A stretch of 46,847 nt of DNA from Candidatus Wallbacteria bacterium. GTDB lineage: Bacteria > Muiribacteriota > UBA9980. A program made the position numbers and the translations under genes. The DNA lies in the NCBI GenBank assembly GCA_041441465.1, contig JASDSY010000034.1, forward strand, positions 1 to 46,847. The letters run 5' to 3'. Of the stretch, positions 36,582 to 46,771 are shown one piece after another; the stretch's first letter is position 1, and each line of letters begins with the position of its first letter. Under the pieces are notes generated by a model. It did no database searches and was not told the DNA's origin. It saw only the letters and a list, made by a program, of their open reading frames with translations.

Positions 36582-38096
36582 TTATTGCTTTTCATTAAAA
36601 ATATCGGTAAATTCCTTGCAAGCTTTTTTCAAGACTTCAGAGGTTTGATCGTCCAGAGTCTTGTTTTTCTTTATGTTCATAAGAACCTGCGGATATTTAT
36701 CCTCGATGAATTTAAGGAACTTTTCCTCGAATTCCTTGACTTTATCGTTAGGAAGACTGTCCATCAATCCCCAGGTGCCGACTGCAATTATTGCTATCTG
36801 ATACTCGACTTCCATCGATTTATATTGCGGCTGTTTAAGTATTTCCGTGAGTTTCTGACCGCGGTTCAACTGGTCTCGTGTCGCTTTATCAAGATCTGAC
36901 GCGAATTGCGCGAATGACTGAAGTTCGCGGAATTGCGCCATGTCCATTCTAAGGCGTCCTGCGATTTGTTTCATGGCCTTGATTTGTGCGTTGCCGCCGA
37001 CACGCGAAACGGAAATACCGACGTTAATGGCCGGCCTTATACCTGAATAAAAAAGGTCCGATTCGAGATATATCTGACCGTCGGTGATTGAAATAACGTT
37101 TGTCGGAATGTAAGCGGAAACGTCGCCGGCCTGAGTTTCGATTATAGGAAGTGCGGTAAGCGAACCGCCGCCTTTTTTATCACTGAATTTGCAAGCTCTT
37201 TCGAGAAGTCTTGAGTGAAGATAAAATATATCGCCAGGATATGCTTCGCGGCCCGGCGGTCTTCTCAAGAGTAACGATATTTCCCTGTATGCGACTGAGT
37301 GTTTGGAAAGGTCATCGTAGACAATGAGCGCATGTTCGCCTTTATTTCTGAAATATTCGCCGATCGCGCAGCCGGAATAAGGCGCGAGAAACTGCTGAGA
37401 AGCCGGATCTGAAGCGGTAGCTGAAACTACCGTCGTATATTCCATTGCGCCGTGTTTTTCAAGGGTAAATACGACCTGTGCTACAGTTGAGCGTTTTTGG
37501 CCGATAGCGACGTATATGCAGTGGACGTTTTTACCTTTCTGGTTGATTATAGCGTCGATAGCGATAGCCGTTTTTCCCGTGGCGCGGTCGCCTATTATAA
37601 GTTCGCGCTGGCCGCGGCCGATTGGAATCATTGCGTCGATAGCTTTTATGCCGGTCTGTAAAGGTTCTTTAACCGGCTGCCTTTCTATAACGCCGGGAGC
37701 TTTGGTTTCTACCGGCATAAATTCGCTTGTAGTTATAGGGCCTTTGCCGTCGATCGGCTTGCCGAGGGCGTCAACTACTCGTCCGGTAAGAGCGGGACCG
37801 ACTGGAACAGAAACGATTTTACCGGTACATCTTGCCGTATCGCCTTCTTTAATGAGTTTGTCGTCGCCGAGCAAAATGCAGCCTACTGAACTTTCTTCAA
37901 GGTTAAGGGCCATTCCGAAAACCTCGTTCGGAAATTCGATAAGTTCGCCGGCCATTGCATTCTCAAGGCCGTAAACGCGCGCGATCGAGTCGCCGACGCT
38001 TACAACGGTACCAACCTGGTCTAAATGCAGATTGGTGTCAAATTTATTTATTTCTTTGGTTAAAATACCAACTATTTCATCAGGCCTGATAGGCAT
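36582..38096 (-). CDS. atpA: F1 ATP synthase alpha subunit
   Basis: 504 aa. Walker [12 protein letters not shown]. Aligns with alpha subunits along its full length. Confidence 0.95.
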   Translation of the reverse strand: MPIRPDEIVGILTKEINKFDTNLHLDQVGTVVSVGDSIARVYGLENAMAGELIEFPNEVFGMALNLEESSVGCILLGDDKLIKEGDTARCTGKIVSVPVGPALTGRVVDALGKPIDGKGPITTSEFMPVETKAPGVIERQPVKEPLQTGIKAIDAMIPIGRGQRELIIGDRATGKTAIAIDAIINQKGKNVHCIYVAIGQKRSTVAQVVFTLEKHGAMEYTTVVSATASDPASQQFLAPYSGCAIGEYFRNKGEHALIVYDDLSKHSVAYREISLLLRRPPGREAYPGDIFYLHSRLLERACKFSDKKGGGSLTALPIIETQAGDVSAYIPTNVISITDGQIYLESDLFYSGIRPAINVGISVSRVGGNAQIKAMKQIAGRLRMDMAQFRELQSFAQFASDLDKATRDQLNRGQKLTEILKQPQYKSMEVEYQIAIIAVGTWGLMDSLPNDKVKEFEEKFLKFIEDKYPQVLMNIKKNKTLDDQTSEVLKKACKEFTDIFNEKQ

Positions 38097-38177
38097 TTAT
38101 TAATCCCCCATTCAAGTTATTATGAGTTGATCGGTGCATGCTTTCGAGTTTAAACTTTAAGATAAAAGCAGGCGCGG

Positions 38178-38732
38178 TTAAAGTTTTATCAAGGAATTTT
38201 CGCGTAATTTTTCGTTTAACGTTTCAAGAGTGCGTGAAATGCGCCAATCGATTACCTCGTCGCCGATACGTACCGAGAGTCCGCCGATTATCGAAGGATT
38301 AACTTTATTGTCGATCAATAACTTAAGAGCGGTAACTTTTTCAAGCTGCGCTTTTAGTTTTTCGGCATCTACGGCTTCGAGAGCTACGGCAGTTTCGACT
38401 TTCGCAATGCATATTCCTTTTACCTTATTCATCTGTACAACATACTCGTCGTATATTGCATTAAGCTGGTTAATTCTTCTTTTATCAATAAGAAGTTTCA
38501 TAAAATTAAAGACGGTCTTGTGAACATGCTCTTTCCATATCTTTTCTATAAGATCCAATTTTTGAGCCTTGTTGATGAACGGATGGAAAAGCACCTTTTC
38601 AAGACGAGGTTCTAATTTAATAGTTTGGATTATGAACTCTATATCATCTTCAAAACGCTGAACTTCGTTTTCGTTATGAGCGAGCATTATAAGCGCTTCC
38701 GCGTAACGGCTTGCTACTACCTCTTCTGCCAC
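38178..38732 (-). CDS. atpH: F1 ATP synthase delta (OSCP) subunit
   Basis: 184 aa. N-terminus ..ASRYAEALIMLA.. is typical of OSCP/delta. Located between atpF and atpA. Confidence 0.8.
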   Translation of the reverse strand: MAEEVVASRYAEALIMLAHNENEVQRFEDDIEFIIQTIKLEPRLEKVLFHPFINKAQKLDLIEKIWKEHVHKTVFNFMKLLIDKRRINQLNAIYDEYVVQMNKVKGICIAKVETAVALEAVDAEKLKAQLEKVTALKLLIDNKVNPSIIGGLSVRIGDEVIDWRISRTLETLNEKLRENSLIKL

Positions 38733-39214
38733 TCTATTTCACCAACTTTTTGTATAAACTCGTCGATCATCTGCTTGTGTTTGCTTTTATCAATTTCCTG
38801 CTTTAATATTTTACCGGCAATGCGCACTGACAGGTCGGCGACATAGTCCTGAAGCTTGTCGAGCTCTTTTTGCGTTTCGTTTTTTACTTTTTCAAGTCCC
38901 TTATTGACGACTGCCTGCGCTTCCTGACGCGCCTCTTCAAGAATCTCATCTTTTTGAGCCTGAGCTTCCTTCATAGCTGTTCTTTTAAGCTCGGCGATCT
39001 CAATTTCAATCTTTTTGATCTGCTCGTCATGAATTTCTTTCAGGGCGAGGGCTGCTTTTTTGTCTGAGTCTATGGCGTCATAAAGTTTTTGCATGTCCTC
39101 CTGGCGCTTTTTTAATACCGCACCGACAGGTTTGAATAAAAAAGCGTTAAGCACAAACATGACAATTAGAAAGTTAAGAAATTGCCATAGTAGTGTCAGG
39201 TTAATGTCTAACAT
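38717..39214 (-). CDS. atpF: Fo ATP synthase subunit b
   Basis: Single N-terminal transmembrane segment, then a long charged coiled coil. Conserved position in the operon. Confidence 0.8.
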   Translation of the reverse strand: MLDINLTLLWQFLNFLIVMFVLNAFLFKPVGAVLKKRQEDMQKLYDAIDSDKKAALALKEIHDEQIKKIEIEIAELKRTAMKEAQAQKDEILEEARQEAQAVVNKGLEKVKNETQKELDKLQDYVADLSVRIAGKILKQEIDKSKHKQMIDEFIQKVGEIEWQKR

Positions 39215-39297
39215 CGTTTACTCCCCTTTGAATCAGGTACTTTAAAATATTTCTAACCTCGCGGTCAATCCTGGCGTAAAATTTAAAAATATTTAAA

Positions 39298-39531
39298 TTA
39301 CCATTTAACGAATAACAATATAAGGGAAATAACAAGACAGTAAATAGCTAACGATTCGATAAGCGCGAGACCTATGATCATTGTAGTTCTAATTTCGCCG
39401 GAAACCTGCGGCTGTCTTGCGATTCCTTCTAAAGCCGATGAAATTGCGCGACCCTGAGCTAAAGCAGCTCCGAATGCACCTATTGCGATACAAAGTGATG
39501 AGAAAATAATACTAAAAACATGGATATCCAT
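39298..39531 (-). CDS. atpE: Fo ATP synthase subunit c
   Basis: 77-aa hairpin proteolipid. ..GLALIESLAIYCLVISLILLF.. carries the ion-binding Glu. Confidence 0.9.
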   Translation of the reverse strand: MDIHVFSIIFSSLCIAIGAFGAALAQGRAISSALEGIARQPQVSGEIRTTMIIGLALIESLAIYCLVISLILLFVKW

Positions 39532-39672
39532 TGAACTTCCCCTTTCCTATTTTTGTTTTGGTTTGATATTTCTTGTTTGTTTTTGAAATTATATATTTTT
39601 GTTGTATTGATTTATTTTTATACTGAAACAAATATAATTATAACATAAAATCCGGCATTTATTGATATAAAA

Positions 39673-40596
39673 TTAATGGCTTTTTTTATGGCCGTGTTCC
39701 TCATCATGGTGTTCTTCATGCTCATGAGGAAGCGCGCCTGATATGTACGACATTGTAAGCATTGTAAATACCAGGGCCTGTATGAAACTGGTGAAACATC
39801 CTAAAAATAACATCGGCAGATGAAAAAACGGTATATAAGCCATTATGCCGAGAACAAATAATATGCAAATCGTAATATCTTCGCCGCGGATATTACCGAA
39901 AAGACGAATGGCCAGCGAAAGCGGTCTTGAAAGTTCGCCGATTATGTGTATTACAAACATCAACGGCGAAAGCCACCATATATCGCCGGTAAAATGTTTG
40001 AGATATTTAAAACCCTGTGATTTGAACCCTACATAATGAATTGATAAAAAAACAAATATCGCTATTGCCGCCGTAGTATTTAAGTTCGCTGTCGGCGACT
40101 CAAGGCCCGGCACCTGCCCGAGAAGGTTATTTAGTAATATAAAAATAAAAAGCGAACCGATTATCACTAAAAATTTTCTTCCGGATTCACCCATTATTGA
40201 AATAACATATTTTTCAAGGGATTCATAAATAAGTTCGACGAAATTTTGCACAGGCGAAATATTTTTTATGGTGAGGTTGCGTGTGGCCATATATAAAAAA
40301 CCGCCGATTACCATTGTCAATAAAAAGCTCATTATTACGACTACGAAATGCCCGCCGCCGATATGTTCAAATGTATGTTCGATCCATTCCCTGTTTAATA
40401 TGATCGACGGTTCTATCCAATTCGGGCCATGTTCCGCAGTTTTTTTTGCGCCGTGAGAAAGCGCGGCTTCGGCAGTTGTCATAACCTCGGCGGTTCCGGC
40501 GGCTAATGCAGGCGAAACCGAATTTATTAAAGCATAAAGAGCGATTCCCGTTCCGTTAATTAAATTAAATTTAGATATTGACATATAATTCCTCAA
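39673..40596 (-). CDS. atpB: Fo ATP synthase subunit a, with N-terminal extension and His-rich C-terminal tail
   Basis: Conserved ..LSLAIRLFGNI.. Arg-containing helix. C-terminus HEHEEHHDEEHGHKKSH. Confidence 0.85.
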   Translation of the reverse strand: MRNYMSISKFNLINGTGIALYALINSVSPALAAGTAEVMTTAEAALSHGAKKTAEHGPNWIEPSIILNREWIEHTFEHIGGGHFVVVIMSFLLTMVIGGFLYMATRNLTIKNISPVQNFVELIYESLEKYVISIMGESGRKFLVIIGSLFIFILLNNLLGQVPGLESPTANLNTTAAIAIFVFLSIHYVGFKSQGFKYLKHFTGDIWWLSPLMFVIHIIGELSRPLSLAIRLFGNIRGEDITICILFVLGIMAYIPFFHLPMLFLGCFTSFIQALVFTMLTMSYISGALPHEHEEHHDEEHGHKKSH

Positions 40597-40617
40597 ATTT
40601 TATTTTGTTGATTTCTA

Positions 40618-41103
40618 TTAATAATTGTTGTTTTTGCTTGATTTCAAGCACATACCGGCGAATAGCAGCGCCGGTATTATTACAGAAAAACCGGCCATAA
40701 ATGATAATATTGCATAAATGCCGGCCCTGGCCGCCTGCCAGAAAAAAAATACGAAAAGCGCTAATTTTGCCAGATATAACAAAAATAATTTTACTTTATC
40801 AAAAAAATCAGGCCCCGGAGCTTTTAATTTATTTTTGATATCATTCTCCGGCCGGGTGTCGGGGTTATTATTCACAACTGCCGTTTTTTCAATTTCAGGC
40901 GGATTTGCGGCACCGGGTTCAGGAATTATTATGTAAGCAAGCTTTATAATTCCGGCGAATGAAACTATTCCGAGAAATACTCCTGCCGTAAAAAAAATCA
41001 AGGCATAAAAACCAAAATAATACGCTGTAAATGGTGCTGCGATAATAGTTATTTTAATTATTAATGAAATTGAATAATTCCATAAAGGGTTGTCATTAAA
41101 CAT
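40618..41103 (-). CDS. Small polytopic membrane protein in the AtpI position (ATP synthase protein I-like)
   Basis: 161 aa with 4 predicted transmembrane segments. Located between atpZ and atpB. Identity by position only. Confidence 0.45.
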   Translation of the reverse strand: MFNDNPLWNYSISLIIKITIIAAPFTAYYFGFYALIFFTAGVFLGIVSFAGIIKLAYIIIPEPGAANPPEIEKTAVVNNNPDTRPENDIKNKLKAPGPDFFDKVKLFLLYLAKLALFVFFFWQAARAGIYAILSFMAGFSVIIPALLFAGMCLKSSKNNNY

Positions 41104-41146
41104 GAAAAATAAACTTTCGGAACATTTTTTATTTTAAATTCATACG

Positions 41147-41380
41147 TTATTTTATTTTTTTTACTACGTTGAAAATCTCGCTCAAGCCGGTTAATATTCC
41201 GATGAAAATAAATAACAACAGTAAAAACGGTTTGGTGCCGAAGAATTGGTCGGCATAATAGCCGATTGCCATGCTTATCAATAGTGCCGCGCATATATAA
41301 TAACCTATGTTAAAAAGCAGGCCGGCACTTTTCCAGAGTTCGCCCAATTCGTTTTTCTTTTTTGGTGAATTGTTATTCAT
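41147..41380 (-). CDS. atpZ: AtpZ/AtpI-family small membrane protein (ATP synthase gene 1)
   Basis: 77 aa with two transmembrane segments (..LLFNIGYYICAALLISMAIGYYADQFFGTKPFLLLLFIFIGILTG..). First gene of the operon. Confidence 0.6.
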   Translation of the reverse strand: MNNNSPKKKNELGELWKSAGLLFNIGYYICAALLISMAIGYYADQFFGTKPFLLLLFIFIGILTGLSEIFNVVKKIK

Positions 41381-41538
41381 TTACTTACTCTTTTTTGTAT
41401 GATAACAAATTTTTTTATAAATTGCAAGAATAAAATCTATCAGTTGATTTTTTTGAAAAAATCTGTTAAAATTCCACTTCGCTTTATTACTCCAGGATAA
41501 ATTGAAGGTTTAAAATTGGCAGGAACCAGGCATTTTTT

Positions 41539-43224
41539 ATGAAACGGTACATTATTAGACAAAATAAGTTGGATTATATCAAAACAAGAATTGCAAGCGT
41601 AAATTTCATTAAATATTATTTATGCATCGGTTTGGCGTTGTTTTTTCTGTCGGTTTGTGCATTGCCCTCGTATTCCGCTGATAAGAAAAAAAATTCGCCG
41701 CCTGATAATCCTATCGATAAGGCACAGTTATATTCTTTTATTCTGCCGGAAAAAATTTCAGCGATCGCAAAATACGTTCGAGATGTGGATGCTGTTTTAG
41801 TAAGTGCCGGGTTGAAGGAAAAAAAGGATGCTTTTTTGGCGCCTGGTTTAAAATTCGGCGCGCCGCGTGACGTGATGATAAAAAACAGCTTGGCGGCCTA
41901 TGAAATTCCAGTGATATCCGATGATTATAGTGCTCGGTTTCTTTATCTTTCACAGGATTTAAGATTATTGCAGCCGCCTATTTCAAATGAAAACGGCGGG
42001 CGTTTTTTCCTGACATTAAAAGAATGGGAAGAAACCCAAAATATTGCTCAGAATATTCCCGCTGATTATTTTGAACAATACCCTCCTGATTTTCAAAGTT
42101 CATGTTTCCCTTATACTTTTACAGAAAAATTCCAGAGTTTATACAAAATAAACGGTATCGCGGTTAAGGCGGAAAAACTTAGAGATTTTAAGCTTATAAA
42201 AAATTTTAACATTCTGCCCGCTAAAAAAATTATCGCTGTTCCGATAAAGCCGTTTGGTGAAAATGATACAAAATATGAAGCTGCAAGTAATTTTGATAAT
42301 GCGGTTACTGTTATTCCGCTGAAATCCTGCTCTTATGCGGCGGCATTTTGCTCCGATTGGTGGCGTGTTTCGAGTTCCGATTCGGCCGAAATCACATTTG
42401 AAAAATATTATGATTTAGTCGCCAAAAAAAATGCATTCGGAATCAATCCGAGGGCGCTCGAACGTTTATATCAAATTAAATCGGTTGATAATCCTGATTT
42501 TTTTTCTTTTTCGGAATATTTAAAGGAACATGTTTTTTCAAATGAAAAGGTTTGCGATTCGCTTGAAGGATTTGCTTCCATATTGGTATTACCTGAAGAA
42601 TCTTTTGTTACAGATTCGATGGCACCCCAAAAAGGCCATAAAATTGATGAAACAAGAAAATTTTACATGGATGACGATTATATAAAAATTTTTGAAAATT
42701 TCGAAGGAAAAGATGAGGAGCTTATATCGGCGCTCGATCTTTATGGAATTGTCCTCGGGAGTACATCTTTTTATATGAACGGAATTCCATTGAAAAAAGC
42801 GGATTACGGAGTGGCGGTTATCGGATATAAACGCATCGGCGAACATGTTTTTTTTGTTTACAGGGACTTTGAAGATGAGTATGACGTTTTTCGTATCGCG
42901 CCTGTCGGTATTTTTAAAGAGGCATATTGTTTTCCGCATGAATTTTCAGGAAAGGCTAAATATATTGTCAAACAAAGAAAACTTGTAATTGAAACATTTG
43001 ACAAGAACGGAAATCATATCGATGTAAATTCAATCGAGGCAACGTTTCCGACGGAAGATAAAAAAGTTAAATTTTATAAGGAAGGTACCGGTTGTTATTT
43101 TCATCAGGTCAAAAAAGAAGATTTTAAAGGAGTAGAGCGCGCTACATTAATTGCCAGAATAAAAAGGAATTATTATGTAAAAGGCGATAATCCCGAAGTA
43201 ATAATTAAATATGCGATATATTGA
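41539..43224 (+). CDS. Secreted or membrane-anchored hypothetical protein (possible papain/C39-like cysteine peptidase fold; weak)
   Basis: 561 aa. N-terminal hydrophobic signal or anchor. Candidate Cys/His residues (..KSCSYAAAFCSDWW.. ; ..GHKIDET..). No firm family assignment. Confidence 0.5.
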   Translation: MKRYIIRQNKLDYIKTRIASVNFIKYYLCIGLALFFLSVCALPSYSADKKKNSPPDNPIDKAQLYSFILPEKISAIAKYVRDVDAVLVSAGLKEKKDAFLAPGLKFGAPRDVMIKNSLAAYEIPVISDDYSARFLYLSQDLRLLQPPISNENGGRFFLTLKEWEETQNIAQNIPADYFEQYPPDFQSSCFPYTFTEKFQSLYKINGIAVKAEKLRDFKLIKNFNILPAKKIIAVPIKPFGENDTKYEAASNFDNAVTVIPLKSCSYAAAFCSDWWRVSSSDSAEITFEKYYDLVAKKNAFGINPRALERLYQIKSVDNPDFFSFSEYLKEHVFSNEKVCDSLEGFASILVLPEESFVTDSMAPQKGHKIDETRKFYMDDDYIKIFENFEGKDEELISALDLYGIVLGSTSFYMNGIPLKKADYGVAVIGYKRIGEHVFFVYRDFEDEYDVFRIAPVGIFKEAYCFPHEFSGKAKYIVKQRKLVIETFDKNGNHIDVNSIEATFPTEDKKVKFYKEGTGCYFHQVKKEDFKGVERATLIARIKRNYYVKGDNPEVIIKYAIY

Positions 43225-43337
43225 TTTGTTTCTTGCGGTGTAATATGCGATTTTAATAATTTAAAAGTTTTTTATTTACAGAAGCCGAATTGATATCTTA
43301 TTGTCGGGTGAAATAATTTTAAGGGAGGTTTAAAGTG

Positions 43338-43955
43338 ATGCGTGTATTTTTAAAATGGGTTTCTTTCTTTTTTTTGTTATTTGTCGTTTGTGCGAATGCT
43401 TTTATTTTAGGCGGTTGTGGTACCAATAAGCATTTAACAAAAGGTCATGATCTCTATCGTGATAAAAATATTCAGGGAGCTATTGACGAAGTCAAGATAG
43501 CGGTTCAGGATGAACCTAAAAATATCGATGCTTTAAATTTTTTGTTAAAACTTTATTCCGAGAATAAAAATTATTCCGAAGCTGTTGAAATCGGCCAAAA
43601 AATATTGGCTTTATTCCCTAAAGATATTAAGGTTCATTTTAACCTCGCCAAAGCGTATAAGGAAAATAATGAATTTGAAAAAGCGCTCGAAGAATTTAAT
43701 GCGGTGATAAATTTAAATCCGAACGGAAAATTAGCAGGCGAGGCTCAAAAATTGATAAGCGAATGCGAGGCCGGAAAAACGCAGGCTCCTAAAGCGGCGG
43801 CAGCGGAGGCTGAGAAAAAGCAATCCGGCGCAGCCGGCAAGGGGCAGGATAAAAACCTTAAACCCGGCGTTAATAATGTTAAAGGAAATAATACAGGAAA
43901 TAAGGGGTCTTTAAATACCGGCGAAAATAAGGCGCCTAAAAGTTACAATTATTAA
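43338..43955 (+). CDS. TPR-repeat lipoprotein
   Basis: GGGAGG ribosome-binding site 9 nt upstream. Lipobox ILGGC. TPR-like repeats (..AVEIGQKILALFPKDIKVHFNLAKAYKENNEFEKALEEFNAVINLNP..). Low-complexity Gly/Asn/Lys tail. Confidence 0.75.
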   Translation: MRVFLKWVSFFFLLFVVCANAFILGGCGTNKHLTKGHDLYRDKNIQGAIDEVKIAVQDEPKNIDALNFLLKLYSENKNYSEAVEIGQKILALFPKDIKVHFNLAKAYKENNEFEKALEEFNAVINLNPNGKLAGEAQKLISECEAGKTQAPKAAAAEAEKKQSGAAGKGQDKNLKPGVNNVKGNNTGNKGSLNTGENKAPKSYNY

Positions 43956-44005
43956 TTTAGTTTTGAATGTTTATATGCAGTTTATTATAAAGGATGGATT
44001 TACTT

Positions 44006-45484
44006 ATGTCTATTAAGGTATTTGATACGTTAAGTAACAGGATGACCGAATTTGTTCCGCAGAATGAAAAAGAGATAAAAATGTATGTATGCGGTGTGAC
44101 TGTTTATGATGAATGCCATCTCGGACACGCGCGCGCCGCTATTTGTTTTGATGTCATAAGGAAATATTTCGAGTTTAAAGGTTATAACGTCAATATGGTC
44201 GTTAATTTTACCGACGTCGACGATAAAATTATTAACCGTGCTAAACTCGAGAAAAAGGACGCGCTTGAAATATCGTCGAAATATATCGACAGGTACTTCG
44301 AAGATATGGACAAGCTGCGCATTAAAAGGGCTACTCATTATCCGAAAGCGACCGAGCATATTTCTCATATAATTAAATTTATCGAGGGGCTTATCGAAAA
44401 AGGTTTCGCTTACGTGGTTGACGGCGAAGTTTATTTTGAGGTTTCAAAGTTCGATGAATACGGCAAGCTTTCGAAAAGAAATTTCGAGGATATGCTGGCT
44501 GGCGCGCGAATAGCAGTTGATGAAAGACTGAAAAACCCTCACGATTTTTGTTTGTGGAAAGCCGCCAAACCCGGCGAAATAAAATGGAAAAGTCCTTGGG
44601 CGGAAGGCCGTCCAGGCTGGCACATCGAATGTTCGGCCATGAGCAATCACTATTTGGGCGATACTCTTGACATTCACGGCGGCGGCCTTGATTTGATATT
44701 CCCGCACCATGAAAACGAGATAGCGCAATCAGAAGCCAGAAACGGCAAGCCTTTCGTAAAATATTGGATGCATAACGGGCTTGTGAACGTTAATTCGGAA
44801 AAAATGAGCAAATCGCTCGGCAACTTTTTTACCATTTCCGGCTTGCTGGAAAAGTTTTCGGCGGATGTCATAAGATATTTCATACTTTCTAATCATTACA
44901 GGAGCCCGATAAATTTTACTCCTGAAAAAATGGAAGAATTGAGAAAAAGCCTTGCCACGATAGTAAAATTCATGAAAAAACTCATGGCGTTAAGGGAAGA
45001 AGTCGTTTTAGACGCCGCGAATGAGGATATGATAAAAGGACGATTATCTGAAGGACTGAAAGCTAAAGTCTGCGAATTCGAAGGCAAGTTTAATGAATAT
45101 ATGGAAAGCGATTTTAATACGGCTGGCGCAATCGGCAGTGTTTTTCAATATATGCCGGTATTGAGCGAAGCGATATTGAAGGAAAATGACAATAAGAAAT
45201 ACGCTGCAGCCTACGTATATTCAAGATACATGGCATATCTTGACGGGTTGCTGGCTATTGTCGACGAAGATTGCATTAAGGGCGAAAAGAGCTCGAACAG
45301 CGAAGAGGCGGCTAACGACTCTGGGCTGGCCGAAAAATTGATCGGTCTTCTGATCAAGATTAGAGCCGAGTTAAAGGCCGAAAAAAACTATAAAATGTCC
45401 GATACTATAAGAAACGGGCTTAAGGAAATCGGCATAATTTTAGAAGACACCAAGCAGGGAACGAATTTTCATATTGAAAAATAA
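44006..45484 (+). CDS. cysS: Cysteinyl-tRNA synthetase
   Basis: HIGH-type motif [18 protein letters not shown] motif. Zinc and Cys-binding region. Start chosen at the ATG at 44006 because AAGGATGG lies upstream. The track ORF begins at 43994. Confidence 0.9.
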   Translation: MSIKVFDTLSNRMTEFVPQNEKEIKMYVCGVTVYDECHLGHARAAICFDVIRKYFEFKGYNVNMVVNFTDVDDKIINRAKLEKKDALEISSKYIDRYFEDMDKLRIKRATHYPKATEHISHIIKFIEGLIEKGFAYVVDGEVYFEVSKFDEYGKLSKRNFEDMLAGARIAVDERLKNPHDFCLWKAAKPGEIKWKSPWAEGRPGWHIECSAMSNHYLGDTLDIHGGGLDLIFPHHENEIAQSEARNGKPFVKYWMHNGLVNVNSEKMSKSLGNFFTISGLLEKFSADVIRYFILSNHYRSPINFTPEKMEELRKSLATIVKFMKKLMALREEVVLDAANEDMIKGRLSEGLKAKVCEFEGKFNEYMESDFNTAGAIGSVFQYMPVLSEAILKENDNKKYAAAYVYSRYMAYLDGLLAIVDEDCIKGEKSSNSEEAANDSGLAEKLIGLLIKIRAELKAEKNYKMSDTIRNGLKEIGIILEDTKQGTNFHIEK

Positions 45485-45504
45485 TAAAAAAGCGGGTATA
45501 AAAG

Positions 45505-46248
45505 ATGGAATATGTATACGGAAAGAATACGGTAATAGAACTGATAAAAAGCAAAAACGAGGTTGCCGGAATATATCTTGAAGATAAACAATCAAAGAAG
45601 CCTTACTTCAAAGAAATTTTTGTCGAATTAAAAAAATCAGGCCGCAGCATTCCGGTCGGATATAAATCGCGCGAAGAGCTTATAAAGCTTTCGGGGTCGC
45701 CTGAAAATCAGGGAGTTATAGCGGAAGTGCCGGGCTTTAAAAAAATGAGCCTTGGCGGATTTTTAAAGGAAAATAAGAATGTCGAGAAATCGTTTTTATT
45801 TTTGCTTGATTGCATTCACGATCCGCATAATATGGGCGCTATAATAAGATCGGCATATGCCATGGGCGTAACTGGCTGCGTTGTTTTTGATAAAAGATCG
45901 GCGAAGATAAACTCCACGGTAGCTAAAACCTCGGCAGGCGCGCTTTTTCATATCCCGATAATATGCGCTTCCGGTGTCTTGGAGGCTATAGCGAATTTAA
46001 AAAACGACGGTTACCAGATACTCGGCTGCGAGATGACCGCCGAGAAAAACGTGTTCGACGAGGATTTTACTAAAGGCAAATACGCCGTAATACTGGGTAA
46101 CGAGGGCGAAGGGCTTGCCGGCAAAACATCGGCGAAAGTTGACCGTGAAGTGAGAATCCCTATGCCCGGCCAGTTTGAATCATTGAATGTTTCGGTTACG
46201 GCCGGAATACTTGCTTATGAATATATGCGCCAGAACGTAAAAAATTAA
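45505..46248 (+). CDS. rlmB: SpoU/TrmH-family RNA 2'-O-methyltransferase (RlmB-like)
   Basis: SpoU-family motifs (..VILGNEGEGL.. ; ..ESLNVSVTAGILAYE..). The cysS-rlmB adjacency is conserved in many bacteria. RlmB versus TrmH assignment is uncertain. Confidence 0.7.
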   Translation: MEYVYGKNTVIELIKSKNEVAGIYLEDKQSKKPYFKEIFVELKKSGRSIPVGYKSREELIKLSGSPENQGVIAEVPGFKKMSLGGFLKENKNVEKSFLFLLDCIHDPHNMGAIIRSAYAMGVTGCVVFDKRSAKINSTVAKTSAGALFHIPIICASGVLEAIANLKNDGYQILGCEMTAEKNVFDEDFTKGKYAVILGNEGEGLAGKTSAKVDREVRIPMPGQFESLNVSVTAGILAYEYMRQNVKN

Positions 46249-46379
46249 AAAAAAGACTTTTATTGTTCTTTATCAAAAGAAAAAACTAAAAAAAAATATT
46301 AAAAACTTAATTTTAAAAGAAAAATTAATGTAATTTAATTTTTTGAACGAAAATAAACTTATTTAATGATAAAAACGTA

Positions 46380-46408
46380 TTTACATAAAAATTTATGTGT
46401 GATATAAT
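46380..46408 (+). promoter_or_regulatory. Sigma-70 promoter for the tRNA-tuf transcription unit
   Basis: TTTACA-17 nt-TATAAT with extended-10 TGa. Confidence 0.6.
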
Positions 46409-46440
46409 GTAACCACTTAAATTTTGAATACGTTTAGGTT

Positions 46441-46513
46441 GCCGACATAGCTCAATTGGTAGAGCACCGCACTTGTAATGCGGGGGTTAAGGGTTCGAGT
46501 CCCATTGTCGGCT
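46441..46513 (+). tRNA. tRNA-Thr (anticodon TGT)
   Basis: GCCGACATAGCTCAATTGGTAGAGCACCGCACTTGTAATGCGGGGGTTAAGGGTTCGAGTCCCATTGTCGGCT. Cloverleaf folds. Close to E. coli thrU. Confidence 0.9.
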
Positions 46514-46520
46514 TAAAAAT

Positions 46521-46603
46521 GGAGAGATTCCCAAGTGGTCAAAGGGAACGGACTGTAAATCCGTCGTCTTCGGGCTTCGAAGGTTCGAATCCTTCTCTCT
46601 CCA
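46521..46603 (+). tRNA. tRNA-Tyr (anticodon GTA), long variable arm
   Basis: GGAGAGATTCCCAAGTGGTCAAAGGGAACGGACTGTAAATCCGTCGTCTTCGGGCTTCGAAGGTTCGAATCCTTCTCTCTCCA. Close to E. coli tyrT. Confidence 0.9.
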
Positions 46604-46623
46604 TCTTTTTCCTTATTACTTAA

Positions 46624-46696
46624 GCCCACCTAGCTCAGATGGTAGAGCGTATCCTTGGTAAGGATAAGGTGACCGGTTCAATACCGGTGGTGGGCT
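46624..46696 (+). tRNA. tRNA-Thr (anticodon GGT)
   Basis: GCCCACCTAGCTCAGATGGTAGAGCGTATCCTTGGTAAGGATAAGGTGACCGGTTCAATACCGGTGGTGGGCT. Close to E. coli thrT. Confidence 0.9.
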
Positions 46697-46771
46697 TTTT
46701 AGTATAGTTAAGGTTTTTTTTATTTTTAGGGAATGTTAAAAAATACACTTCATTAAGGAGGATTTTCTAAA

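Noticed and set aside
41061-41294. 77-aa minus-strand ORF overlapping the atpI-like start and atpZ end
   Set aside because: It runs in a different frame across the atpZ/atpI junction with no ribosome-binding site. Its translation is basic and low-complexity. It is most likely spurious.
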